DNA of 64,000 bases, from assembly GCA_963776345.1 (NCBI GenBank), contig CAVZMH010000016.1, positions 96,001 through 160,000 of the forward strand, written 5' to 3'. The stretch comes from an uncultured delta proteobacterium. Its GTDB lineage: Bacteria; Myxococcota; Myxococcia; Myxococcales; Myxococcaceae. A program made the translations under genes and the position numbers. Shown piece by piece: positions 34,512 to 45,844 of this stretch. A model generated the notes under the pieces. The model saw only the letters and a program-made list of their open reading frames with translations, searched no databases and was not told where the DNA came from. The stretch's first letter is position 1. Each line of letters begins with the position of its first letter.

Positions 34512-36724
34512 CCGCCGCCGCCTCGACGGACCCGGGCCTCCGCGCCGCGCTGGATGCGGTCCGCGCGCTCCACCACCCCGACCCGCACCAGGTCCTCGGC
34601 GCCCACCCCGCGCCCGGAGGCGGCACGGTGGTGCGGGCGTACCGTCCCGAGGCCGAGGGCATCACCGTCATCACCGACGACGGCGGCGAGTTCCCGATGC
34701 GCTCGCTGGGGCGCGGAATGTTCGAGGCGCGGGTCCCGCGGCCCATCGGCCCGTACCACCTGGCGGTCGTCTACCCCGGTGGCCGCCGCTTCACCGTGGG
34801 CGACCCGTACCGCTTCTGGCCCACGGTGGGCGAGCTCGACCTGTACCTCCTCAACGAGGGGCGGCACGCCCGGCCGTGGGAGCGGCTCGGGGCGCACCCC
34901 ATGCTGCACGGCGGGACGGCGGGCACCGCCTTCGCGGTCTGGGCCCCCACCGCTGCCGGCGTCTCGGTCGTCGGCGACTTCAACGGCTGGGACGGCCGGA
35001 TCCACCCCATGCGCCGGATGGGAAGCTCGGGCATCTGGGAGCTCTTCGTGCCCGAGGTGGGCGACGGCGCCCGCTACAAGTTCGAGATCCGCCCCGCCGG
35101 CGGAGGGCCCCCGTTCCTCAAGGTGGACCCCTACGCCTTCCGGACCGAGATGCCGCCGGCCAACGCCTCGGTGGTCCACGCGCTCGACCAGTACGAGTGG
35201 AGGGACGCCGGCTGGATGGAGCAGCGGGCCCGAGGCGACCTCTGGGGTCGTCCGATGAGCGTCTACGAGGTCCACCTCGGGAGCTGGCGCCGGGTGCCCG
35301 AGCAGGGGGGGCGCCCGCTGACGTACCTCGAGCTCGCGGTGCAGCTGGCAGGGTACTGCCAGGACATGGGCTTCACCCACGTGGAGCTGCTCCCCGTGGC
35401 CGAGCATCCCTTCGGCGGCTCCTGGGGCTACCAGGTGGGCAACTACTTCGCCCCCACCGCCCGGTTCGGCCACCCCGACGACTTCCGCTTCTTCGTGGAC
35501 CACCTCCACCAGGAGGGCATCGGCCTCCTGGTGGACTGGGTGCCCGGCCACTTCCCGCGCGACGTCTGGGGCCTCGGGCGCTTCGACGGCTCGGCGCTGT
35601 TCGAGCACGCCGATCCGCGTCAGGGCGAGCAGCCCGACTGGGGCACCTACGTCTTCAACTTCGGCCGCAACGAGGTGCGCAACTTCCTGGTGGGCAACGC
35701 CCACTTCTGGATCGAGCAGTACCACGTGGACGGGCTGCGGGTGGATGCGGTGGCCTCGATGCTGTACCTCGACTACTCGAGGCAGCCGGGCGAATGGGTC
35801 CCCAACAAGTGGGGAGGCCGGGAGAACGAGGACGCCATCGCCTTCCTCAAGGAGCTCAACGGGTCGGTGCGCGAGCGGCACCCCGGGGTGCACGTCATCG
35901 CCGAGGAGTCCACCGCCTGGCCGAAGGTGACCGCGCCGGTCGGCGACGGAGGCCTCGGCTTCACCCTCAAGTGGAACATGGGGTGGATGCACGACACCCT
36001 GAAGTACTTCGCCACCGACTCGCTCTTCCGTATCCACCACCACAACACGCTGACCTTCGGGCTCCTCTACGCCTACAGCGAGCGCTACGTGCTCCCGCTC
36101 TCGCACGACGAGGTGGTGCACATGAAGGGCTCGCTCTGGGGCCGGATGCCCGGGTACGACGAGCAGAAGGCGGCGAACCTCCGCGCGCTCTTCGCCTGGA
36201 TGTGGGCTCACCCGGGCCGCAAGCTGCTGTTCATGGGCGGCGAGCTCGGCCAGCCGGCGGAGTGGAACCACGACCGGAGCCTCGACTGGCACCTCCTGAC
36301 CGACCCCGCGCACGCCGGGGTGCAGGCCCTGGTCCGGACGCTGAACCGGCTCTACCTCCAGCACCCGGCGCTGTACGCTCAGGACGACCGGTCCGAGGGC
36401 TTCCGGTGGATCCAGGCCGACTCGGCGACCAGCAACGTCTACGGCTTCCTGCGCTTCGACCGGTCGGGACGGGCCATCGCCTGCATCGCCAACCTCGCCA
36501 ATCAGGCCTGGCCCGGGTACCGGCTGGGGATGCCCCTGCCCGGCACCTGGCAGCGCATCCTGGACACCGACGCCGCGGCGGTGGGCGGGCGGGAGCGGAG
36601 CGGCCCGTCCGTGGTCGGGACCGAGCACGTCCCCTGGGACGGACTCTCCGAGTCGGTGATCCTCGACCTGCCACCCCTGACGGTGCAGTGGCTCCTCTCC
36701 CCCGAGCGCGACCCCCGGGGCTGA
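34508..36724 (+). CDS. glgB: 1,4-alpha-glucan branching enzyme
   Basis: FAVWAP, YEVHLGSW, SWGYQ, GLRVDAVASMLY, IAEEST, LSHDEVVH. Confidence 0.97.
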   Translation: MTAAASTDPGLRAALDAVRALHHPDPHQVLGAHPAPGGGTVVRAYRPEAEGITVITDDGGEFPMRSLGRGMFEARVPRPIGPYHLAVVYPGGRRFTVGDPYRFWPTVGELDLYLLNEGRHARPWERLGAHPMLHGGTAGTAFAVWAPTAAGVSVVGDFNGWDGRIHPMRRMGSSGIWELFVPEVGDGARYKFEIRPAGGGPPFLKVDPYAFRTEMPPANASVVHALDQYEWRDAGWMEQRARGDLWGRPMSVYEVHLGSWRRVPEQGGRPLTYLELAVQLAGYCQDMGFTHVELLPVAEHPFGGSWGYQVGNYFAPTARFGHPDDFRFFVDHLHQEGIGLLVDWVPGHFPRDVWGLGRFDGSALFEHADPRQGEQPDWGTYVFNFGRNEVRNFLVGNAHFWIEQYHVDGLRVDAVASMLYLDYSRQPGEWVPNKWGGRENEDAIAFLKELNGSVRERHPGVHVIAEESTAWPKVTAPVGDGGLGFTLKWNMGWMHDTLKYFATDSLFRIHHHNTLTFGLLYAYSERYVLPLSHDEVVHMKGSLWGRMPGYDEQKAANLRALFAWMWAHPGRKLLFMGGELGQPAEWNHDRSLDWHLLTDPAHAGVQALVRTLNRLYLQHPALYAQDDRSEGFRWIQADSATSNVYGFLRFDRSGRAIACIANLANQAWPGYRLGMPLPGTWQRILDTDAAAVGGRERSGPSVVGTEHVPWDGLSESVILDLPPLTVQWLLSPERDPRG

Positions 36725-36776
36725 GACCCCGCGTTGTGAATCCCGGGTCCGCCGTGCTTTGACGGACACTCCTGGC

Positions 36777-38555
36777 ATGCTCGAGATCCGCGAGGCGCTG
36801 CTCTTCCTGACGGTGGTGGTGGTCGCCGTCCCGCTCTTCAAGCGGCTCGGGCTCGGCTCGGTCCTGGGCTACCTCGTGGCCGGGGCGCTCATCGGCCCCC
36901 ACGGGCTCCGGCTCATCCCCGACGTCGAGGAGGTGGGCCACCTGGCCGAGCTCGGGGTGGTGCTGCTCCTCTTCCTCATCGGGCTCGAGCTCCAGCCGAG
37001 CCGGCTCTGGGAGCTGCGGACGCGGGTCTTCGGCGCGGGCGGGGCCCAGGTGGCGCTGAGCGGCGTGGCGCTGGCCCTCGGCGCGCTGGCCCTCGGGCTC
37101 TCCTGGCAGGCGGCGCTGGTGGCCGGACTCGGGCTGTCGCTCTCGTCGACGGCGTTCGCGCTCCAGCTCCTCGGCGAGCGGAACGAGCTGGCGACGGCGG
37201 GGGGCCAGACCGCCTTCGGCATCCTCCTGTTCCAGGATCTGGCAGTCATCCCGCTCCTGGCCGTGCTCCCGCTCCTCGGGCCCTCCAGCGCCAGGATGGA
37301 CACCTCGTGGGTCCCGCTGGCCAAGGCCGCCGGGCTCATCGTGCTCATCGTCTTCGTGGGGCGGACCCTGCTCCGGCCCGCGTTCCGGCTGGTCGCCTCC
37401 GCCCGGAGCCAGGAGGTCTTCACCGCCTCGGCGCTGCTGGCCGCGGTGGGGACGGCGGTCCTGGTCTCGGCGGTGGGGCTGAGCATGGCGCTCGGAGCGT
37501 TCATGGCCGGCGTGCTGCTGGCCGACTCGGAGTACCGGCACGAGCTCGAGGCGGACCTCGAGCCCTTCCGGGGCCTCCTGATGGGCCTCTTCTTCATCTC
37601 GGTCGGGATGTCGGTCGCGCTCGAGCTCTTGCTCCAGCGGCCGCTCCTCGTCGCCGGCCTGGTACTGGGGATGACCGGCCTCAAGATCGTGTCCATCGCC
37701 GCGCTGGGCCGGCGCACGCTCGGGGCCTGGCCGGCTGCCTGGGAGCTCGGGGTGCTGCTCAGCCAGGGCGGCGAGTTCGCCTTCGTGATCTTCGGCCTCG
37801 CGGTCTCGTACGAGATCCTCTCCGCCCCGCTCCGGGACACGCTGGTCCTGGTGGTGAGCCTGTCGATGGCGCTCACCCCCCTGCTCACCCTGGCCTACGA
37901 CCGCCTCGTCGCCCCCCGGCTCCGCACCCGGGACGACCGGCCGTATGATCGCGGCGTGGAGCAGGACACCCCGGTGATCATCGCCGGCTTCGGGCGGTTC
38001 GGGCAGGTCGTGGGCCGGATCCTGCGGGCCCGGGGCATCCCCTTCACCGCGATGGATGCCGACCCGGCGCAGATCGACTTCCTGAAGCGCTTCGGGAACA
38101 AGGTCTTCTACGGCGACGCGTCGCGGCTCGACCTGCTCCGGGCCGCGCGGGCGGACAAGGCCCGGCTCTTCGTGCTGGCCATCGACGAGGTGGAGGCCTC
38201 GCTCCGCACCGCGCGGGAGGTCCAGGAGCACTTCCCACATCTGGTCATCTTCGCCCGGGCCAGGAACCGGGCCCACGCCTACCAGTTGATGGAGCTCGGC
38301 ATCCAGCACGTGTCGCGGGAGACGTTCCTCTCCAGCCTGGAGCTGACCGGGGACGTCCTTCAAGAACTGGGGTTCAGCTACTCGGAGGCCCGGAGCACGC
38401 TGGACCGGTTCCGCGAGCATGACGAGCAGCTCCTCCAGGAATCCTTCCAGTACCAGCGGGACGAGAAGAAGCTCATCGAGATCGCCGAGCGGTCGCGCCG
38501 CGAGCTCGAGTCCCTCTTCGCCCGCGACGCCCAGGAGGAGCGCAAGAGCGCGTGA
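36777..38555 (+). CDS. CPA2 K+/H+ antiporter, KefB/KefC family
   Basis: About 12 TM, LLFQD, HELEADLEPF, QGGEFAF, and KTN domain IAGFGRFGQ. Confidence 0.94.
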   Translation: MLEIREALLFLTVVVVAVPLFKRLGLGSVLGYLVAGALIGPHGLRLIPDVEEVGHLAELGVVLLLFLIGLELQPSRLWELRTRVFGAGGAQVALSGVALALGALALGLSWQAALVAGLGLSLSSTAFALQLLGERNELATAGGQTAFGILLFQDLAVIPLLAVLPLLGPSSARMDTSWVPLAKAAGLIVLIVFVGRTLLRPAFRLVASARSQEVFTASALLAAVGTAVLVSAVGLSMALGAFMAGVLLADSEYRHELEADLEPFRGLLMGLFFISVGMSVALELLLQRPLLVAGLVLGMTGLKIVSIAALGRRTLGAWPAAWELGVLLSQGGEFAFVIFGLAVSYEILSAPLRDTLVLVVSLSMALTPLLTLAYDRLVAPRLRTRDDRPYDRGVEQDTPVIIAGFGRFGQVVGRILRARGIPFTAMDADPAQIDFLKRFGNKVFYGDASRLDLLRAARADKARLFVLAIDEVEASLRTAREVQEHFPHLVIFARARNRAHAYQLMELGIQHVSRETFLSSLELTGDVLQELGFSYSEARSTLDRFREHDEQLLQESFQYQRDEKKLIEIAERSRRELESLFARDAQEERKSA

Positions 38556-39079
38556 GGGTGCTTGCTCCCCAGATCCGGCCGGCGGTGACCGGCGACGCGC
38601 CGGCCATCGCGCGGGTCCAGGTGCTCACCTGGCAGCACACCTACCGGGGCATCCTGCCCGATGCGTTCCTGGACGCGCTCGACATGGAGCGGAGCGCGGA
38701 GAGCTGGCGTGCCGTCGTCTCCGACCGCAAGCGAATCACCCACGTGGTGGACGGCCCCGGGGTGCTGGGCTTCTGCACCGCCGGGCCCTCGCGCGGGGAC
38801 CCCGGCGGGTACCGCGGCGAGGTGGAGGCCATCTACGTGCACCCCGCCGAGCAGGCCCGCGGTCACGGCACGGCGCTGGTCCGGGCGGCGATGGGCTGGC
38901 TCGCCGGCCGACGGCTGACGCCGGTGGTGGTCTGGGCGCTCGAGGCCAACACCTCGGCCCACGGCTTCTACCAGTCGCTGGGGGCGCAGCGGCTGGACAT
39001 CCGGCTCCTGCGCATCGCCGATGCGCTCTACCCCGAGGTGGGCTTCGGCTGGCCGGAGGGAGCCTTCGACGACGACTGA
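38552..39079 (+). CDS. GNAT acetyltransferase
   Basis: IYVHPAEQARGHGTAL acetyl-CoA motif; N..A..FY..LG. Confidence 0.9.
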   Translation: MRVLAPQIRPAVTGDAPAIARVQVLTWQHTYRGILPDAFLDALDMERSAESWRAVVSDRKRITHVVDGPGVLGFCTAGPSRGDPGGYRGEVEAIYVHPAEQARGHGTALVRAAMGWLAGRRLTPVVVWALEANTSAHGFYQSLGAQRLDIRLLRIADALYPEVGFGWPEGAFDDD

Positions 39080-39209
39080 TCGGGTCCCGCGCCGAGCCGA
39101 ATCGTGCGCGTGTCGGTCGGCCCCTGGGGGACGCCAGGACCCGGCGCTCGCTCCGGGTCCGCTCGTTCGTGGACATCCCGGAGCACCGCAGGGCGGTGCG
39201 GCTCAGCGC

Positions 39210-39706
39210 TCAGCGTGCCCGATCGAGCGTCGCGATCCACGCCTCGGGCAGTCCGGCGGCCCGGGCACCACGGACCAGCGCCTCGACGAAGCGGGGGCTC
39301 ACCGGACCCTCGAGGCTCCGCCGTCCGGGCGCGGTGGTGAAGGCCGTCGCGGTTCGCTCCCCCGCCGAGGTCCGGACCCGCACCTCGCGCTCCACGCACA
39401 TCTGGGTGATGGCCCCCTCCTTGTGCTGGATGATGGGCCAGTCCTTCGGGGCGATCTCGAAGAGCAGCCCGTGCACCTCGCCCCCGGGCCGGTCCTCGAG
39501 GCCCGCCACCCGGCCACCCCACCACCGCGAGGGGAAGTCGTAGACCAGCCCGAGGTCGAGCGCCTCCGCGCGGGTCCCCGGCGGCAGACGGAAGAAGTCG
39601 TAGCCGTGCTGGTGCCGCCACTCCTCGAAGGCCGCCGGGTCCAGGATGGTCGAGTACGCGAAGTAGGCCCGGGGCGGCCCGTCGGCGAGCCTCTCCCGGG
39701 CGGCCA

Positions 39707-39731
<25 letters not shown>
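39210..39731 (-). CDS. Gamma-glutamylcyclotransferase-like protein
   Basis: YFAYSTILD (variant of YFAYGSNL), VHGLLFEI, HKEG, SPRFVEALVRGA. Confidence 0.78.
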
Positions 39732-41209
<1,478 letters not shown>

Positions 41210-41307
41210 GAGGACCGGGGGTCCTAGCACGTGCAGCCGCCCGGAAAAGCGACGCCGTCGGCGAGGTCGACGTCCCTGCCCCCGGGCCGCTAGAGAGCCG
41301 GGGCACC

Positions 41308-41836
41308 ATGGCCGACCCCCATGAGCCCACCCTGGACGCGCGGATCGAGGCAGCCGTCCGCGCCGCGCTCGACGCCGCGGGGGCACGCTACGAGGTGCTC
41401 GACTGCGACCCGGCGTTCGCCGACACCGCGGAGTTCTGTGCGCGCTACGGCATCGACCCCGCCGACTCGGCCAACGCCATCCTGGTGGCGAGCCGGCGCG
41501 GGTCCAGGGTGTACGCGCTCTGCCTGGTGCTCGCCACCACCCGGCTGGACGTCAACCACGTCGTCGCCGACCTCCTCGGGGTCAAGAAGCTGTCCTTCGC
41601 CTCGGCCGAGGAGACGGCTCAGCCTCACCGGGATGGTGCTGGGAGGCGTCACCCCGTTCGGGCTTCCCGGCTCCCTCCCGGTCTACGTCGACGCCCGCGT
41701 GCCCGGGCGCCCGACGGTGGTCGTCGGAGGCGGGAGTCGCTCCACGAAGATCCGCCTGGACCCGGAGGTCTTCCGCCGCCTGCCCGGGTGCCGCGTGGTG
41801 GAGGGGCTCGCGATGGAGCGCCCGGGAAACACCTGA
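41308..41836 (+). CDS. YbaK/ProXp aminoacyl-tRNA editing domain protein (insertion near 41623)
   Basis: ADTAEFC...SANAILV...KLSFASAEET then shifted LTGMVLGGVTPFGLP...GGGSRSTKI. Confidence 0.88.
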
Positions 41837-41993
41837 GCGGGAGCCCCCCCGACTCCAGCGGCGCTGCAACGCTCGCCGCGGCCAGGCCCCGGGAGCCTCT
41901 TGCGCGCACGCCTTGCGCGGCCGGTCCCCCGCCCCCCCTGGCCAGCGCCCCGGTACGAGAAATGCTCGCTCCACACGGGCGGAGGGCTCCCCG

Positions 41994-42311
41994 ATGACCG
42001 CATTCGAGCTCCTGACCGCGGTGGCCTTCGGAGCAGTGGCCGGATTCGCTCTCGCCGTGACGGGACGCTGGCGTGCGCTGGGCTGGGCGCGTGCGCTCGG
42101 GGGCGGAGCGCTCGGAGGCATCGTCGCGGGGCTCGTCGGAAGCACCGCCTTCGCCGAGAGCCCGACCTGGGGTGAGCTGCGCTTCCGCCCGGCCGTGGCC
42201 GCCTGCGCCCTGACCGGGGGTGCGCTGGTGGTTGCACTGCACCAGCTTCTCGGCGATGCCCACGCCCGGAGGCGCACAGCGAGGGCCCACCGGTACTCGG
42301 CCTCCCGCTGA
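41994..42311 (+). CDS. Small membrane protein (GlsB/YeaQ-like)
   Basis: RBS GGAGGG; three Gly-rich TM segments. Confidence 0.65.
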   Translation: MTAFELLTAVAFGAVAGFALAVTGRWRALGWARALGGGALGGIVAGLVGSTAFAESPTWGELRFRPAVAACALTGGALVVALHQLLGDAHARRRTARAHRYSASR

Positions 42312-42321
42312 AAGGACACCG

Positions 42322-43419
42322 ATGCGGATCGGAATCAACACCGGGGGCGGAGACGCTCCGGGACTGAACGCGGTCATCCACGCGGTGGTGCTCTCGGCCC
42401 ACCACCGCGGCTGGGAGGTCTACGGCATCCAGACCGGGTACGCGGGGCTGCTCGATACGAGCAAGACCACCCGGCTGACCCCGGCCCACGTGGAGTCCAT
42501 CGTCGACCGGGGCGGCACCATCCTCGGGACCACCAACCGTGCCGACCCGTTCCGGTTCCCGGTGCGAGGTCCCTCCGGCGAGGTGACCTTCACCGACGTC
42601 TCGGACGAGGTGGTGCGGAACTTCCGCGCGCTGAGGCTGGACGCCCTGGTGGCAGTCGGCGGGGACGGGAGCATGAGGCTCGCCGCGCGCTTCGCGGCCA
42701 AGGGCATCCCGATGATCGGCGTCCCGAAGACCATCGACAACGACCTCGCGGACACCAACTACAGCTTCGGCTTCGACACCGCGGTCACCACCGCCACCGA
42801 CGCCGTGGACAAGCTGCACTCCACCGCCAGCGCGCACCAGCGGGTGTTCGTGGTCGAGGTGATGGGCCGCTACGTGGGGTGGATCGCGCTCCACACCGGG
42901 CTGACCGGCTCGGCCGACGTCATCCTGCTCCCCGAGATTCCCTTCGACCTCGAGTACGTCTGCGCGAAGATCCGTTCCAACGAGCGCCGCGGGAAGGCGT
43001 ACGGGATCATCGTCGCCGCCGAGGGGGCGAAGCCGCTCGGTGGACAGCTCCACACCCGCACTCAGTCCACCCTCGGGCGAGAGGAGCCGCTGCTCGGGGG
43101 CATCGCCGAGTGGGTGGCCCAGGAGGTGGGCCAGCGCACCGGGAAAGAGACGCGGTCCCTGGTGCTCGGACACCTGCAGCGCGGAGGCTCGCCCACCCCG
43201 TTCGACCGGCTGGTGGCCCTGCGGTACGGGGCCGCCGCGGTGCGCTTTCTCGCCGAGGGCAAGCGCAACGTGCTGGTCGCCTACCAGCCGCCGGAGATGG
43301 TGCCGGTGCCGCTGGAGGGCGCCGCGTCCCGGCGGAAGACAGTCCCGGTGGACAGCGACACCATCAAGACCTGCCGCGAGCTCGGCATCTCGCTGGGGGA
43401 CGCGCCCCCGGTGGAGTGA
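42322..43419 (+). CDS. pfkA: 6-phosphofructokinase, group III (GGDG plus PKTIDND)
   Basis: TGGGDAPGLN, GGTILGT, GGDGS, PKTIDND, EVMGR, LGHLQRGG. Confidence 0.95.
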   Translation: MRIGINTGGGDAPGLNAVIHAVVLSAHHRGWEVYGIQTGYAGLLDTSKTTRLTPAHVESIVDRGGTILGTTNRADPFRFPVRGPSGEVTFTDVSDEVVRNFRALRLDALVAVGGDGSMRLAARFAAKGIPMIGVPKTIDNDLADTNYSFGFDTAVTTATDAVDKLHSTASAHQRVFVVEVMGRYVGWIALHTGLTGSADVILLPEIPFDLEYVCAKIRSNERRGKAYGIIVAAEGAKPLGGQLHTRTQSTLGREEPLLGGIAEWVAQEVGQRTGKETRSLVLGHLQRGGSPTPFDRLVALRYGAAAVRFLAEGKRNVLVAYQPPEMVPVPLEGAASRRKTVPVDSDTIKTCRELGISLGDAPPVE

Positions 43420-43489
43420 TGCCCGGCGACTGGGCCACTGGCGTTTTCGCCTCCGTGCAGCGCAGAGTCCCCGGGCGGAGGGGGCGTCC

Positions 43490-43981
43490 ATGGAGAAGGC
43501 ACCGTCGATCGACGGGTACACCCGTGACGTCTGGCGCGCGGTGGGCCGGCTCTGGCCCAACCTCGGCAAGGATCCCGCCGCGGTCGTCCAGCCCTACATC
43601 CCCGTGCTCCCGGCCTTCCTCGCCGAGGCGCACCGGAAGGGCCAGACGCCCGAGTCGGCGGCGCTGGAGGTGATGCGGTTCTTCCTCCGCATCTACATCG
43701 AGAACGCGCTCACCGAGGAGGAGCGCAACGCCCAGCTGGTGGACCTGCAGGCGCTGTCGAAGCGCTCCTTCGAGGAGAGCCAGGCGGTTCCCGTGCTCCC
43801 GTTCACCGCGGCCCTCTTCGGCGCCCAGCAGACCGTCTCGGAGTGGACCGCCGAGGAGAAGGTCGCCAACGACGCCGGCCAGGGGCTGAACCGCGAGGTC
43901 CTCGCCGCGCTCCTGGGGAAGTCCCCCGGCGAGGTGTCCCGTCTCGGCTGGCTCACCCTCGAGGCCGCCGGGAAGTCGTGA
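43490..43981 (+). CDS. Hypothetical all-helical protein
   Basis: RBS GGAGGGG; high-GC codon pattern; no recognisable motif. Confidence 0.7.
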   Translation: MEKAPSIDGYTRDVWRAVGRLWPNLGKDPAAVVQPYIPVLPAFLAEAHRKGQTPESAALEVMRFFLRIYIENALTEEERNAQLVDLQALSKRSFEESQAVPVLPFTAALFGAQQTVSEWTAEEKVANDAGQGLNREVLAALLGKSPGEVSRLGWLTLEAAGKS

Positions 43982-44144
43982 CTCAGCGGGTCTCCGGCAT
44001 CAGCTGCCAGCTCCCTGCAGGCCAGCAGGAGATCCAGCGACATGGCGTCCCTCCGGTCTCGCCTGGGCTGCTCCGCTGCGAGATCCGGTCCACCCTAGCT
44101 CACGCGTGTGGGGCCCGGCCGGTGATGCTACCGTGCTGCCGCTC

Positions 44145-44747
44145 ATGTACCCGGATCGCTTCCGGCTCCCCTTCCTCGCCGGCGTGCTGATCGCCGCCGC
44201 CGAGCGCCGGCGCCCCGCCCTCGGCCCGTGGTCGCCCGAGGCGGAGGAGCAGCTGCGGCACGCGTTCGACTCGGAGCTGGACGAGGTGCGGCGCAGCTTC
44301 CTCGAGTCGTTCGACGACCCCGGCTGGTTCGCCCGGGTCGAGGAGAAGCTCGGGGAAGTCGCCCTGCCCCGCTACCTCGCCGAGGCCAGGCGGGAGACGG
44401 AGCTGGAGCAGCGCGGGTACGGGCTCTGGCGCGGGGGAGACCTCGTGTCCCGCGTCGTCTGGGGCCTCGGCGGTTTCTTCCTCGGGGTGTTCCTGGTGAA
44501 GGCGCCGTTCATCCCCATCCCCACCACCTGGGACCTGCTCGCCTTCGGGATGCTGCTCCTCTGCCCCTTCATCCCGGACCTCCAGATCGCCCTGCACCGT
44601 CGCCGCCACCGCCGCGCGCTCCGGGCCATCGTCGAGGACCTGCAGGACGCCGAGGCGAAGCTCGATCTCTACCAACCGCTGTCGTCGCCGGAGAGCCCGG
44701 GAACCGCCGTGACGGCTCCCCGCGCCTCCATCCGGCAGAAGGGCTGA
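44145..44747 (+). CDS. Hypothetical membrane protein with a two-TM hairpin
   Basis: Helical N-terminus, TM-PIP-TM, then basic HRRRHRR. First gene of the SPFH operon. Confidence 0.75.
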   Translation: MYPDRFRLPFLAGVLIAAAERRRPALGPWSPEAEEQLRHAFDSELDEVRRSFLESFDDPGWFARVEEKLGEVALPRYLAEARRETELEQRGYGLWRGGDLVSRVVWGLGGFFLGVFLVKAPFIPIPTTWDLLAFGMLLLCPFIPDLQIALHRRRHRRALRAIVEDLQDAEAKLDLYQPLSSPESPGTAVTAPRASIRQKG

Positions 44748-44749
44748 CG

Positions 44750-45844
44750 GTGCAGCCGATGCAGGTTCCTCCAGCGATGCCGAGGCGGCGGTTCGACCTG
44801 CGCGCCGTGGGCCGCCGCGTGTTCGGCGCGCGGCCCGGACGCAGGCTCTACCTCGTCGTGGCCGCGGCGATCTTCGTCCTGGTCGTCTGGGGGGTATGCA
44901 CGGTCTACGTGCGGCCCAACGAGTTCGCGGTGAAGCAGGTCACCGTCGGGCGCCACAAGGGCATCCTCCCCGAGGTCTACTACCCGGGGCTCCACTTCGT
45001 GAGCCCGGGCACCGAGCGGCTCCACGTCTTCCCCACCGACCTCCAGTCGCTCGACCTCACCAACGACCCCACCGAGCGGCCCAAGGACGACAAGCGGGTC
45101 ACGCCGGCGATCAACATCCAGACCTCGGAGGGCTACACCGTCACGGTGGACGTCTCGGTGCTCTACCGCATCGAGGACCCCTACAAGGTCCTGACCACCA
45201 TCGGCCCGGGGAAGCTGTTCGAGGACGCGCTGGTGATCCCCCGCACCGAGCAGCTGCTCCGCAAGCGGCTCGGCGAGCTGGACGCCGAGGAGTTCTACGA
45301 CGTCCACAAGCGGATGGCGCGATCCCACAACGTCCGGGAGGAGATCAACGCCGAGCTGGTGCCCAACGGGATCCGGGTGACCCACATCTTCCTGCGGCGC
45401 TACGCGTACGACGGCCGCTACCAGGCCGCCATCGAGCAGCGGAAGATCCAGGACCAGACGGTCTTCAAGAACATCGCCGAGGCCGAGCTGTCCACCGCCA
45501 CTGCCGAGCGCGACCGGGTGGTGGCCCTGGGACAGGCGGCGGTGCGGGTGGAGCTCTCCCGCGGGGACGCGGAGAAGAAGAAGCTCGACGCCGAGGCGGA
45601 CCTCTACTCCCGCCGGCAGCGCGCCGCGGGCGAGCTGGCGGTGTCGCTGGCCGAGGCCGAGGGCACGCGCCTGGAGAACGAGGCCCTCCGCGGCGTCGGG
45701 GCCGAGAACCTGGTGGGGCTGAAGATGGCGGAGGTCCTCCGAGGGACCAGGGTCATCGTGGTGCCCACCGACGGGGAGTCGGGCGTCAACCCGCTCGACC
45801 TCCGCTCCGCGCTGAAGCGCTTCGACGTGAAGGGGGGCCCATGA
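44750..45844 (+). CDS. SPFH/Band 7 protein, N-terminal TM (HflK/C-like)
   Basis: YVRPNEFAV, PGLHF, IQTSEGYTVTVDVSVLYRI, then EA-rich coiled coil. Confidence 0.88.
   Translation: MQPMQVPPAMPRRRFDLRAVGRRVFGARPGRRLYLVVAAAIFVLVVWGVCTVYVRPNEFAVKQVTVGRHKGILPEVYYPGLHFVSPGTERLHVFPTDLQSLDLTNDPTERPKDDKRVTPAINIQTSEGYTVTVDVSVLYRIEDPYKVLTTIGPGKLFEDALVIPRTEQLLRKRLGELDAEEFYDVHKRMARSHNVREEINAELVPNGIRVTHIFLRRYAYDGRYQAAIEQRKIQDQTVFKNIAEAELSTATAERDRVVALGQAAVRVELSRGDAEKKKLDAEADLYSRRQRAAGELAVSLAEAEGTRLENEALRGVGAENLVGLKMAEVLRGTRVIVVPTDGESGVNPLDLRSALKRFDVKGGP

Noticed and set aside
39080..39209. GC hairpins between convergent GNAT and GGCT genes
   Set aside because: Most simply terminators; no repeat family or RNA motif recognised.
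43693..44043. Minus-strand ORF with good RBS (MSLDLLLACREL...)
   Set aside because: Runs antisense through the 43490-43981 gene with no recognisable motif; at most a tiny indel-affected peptide.
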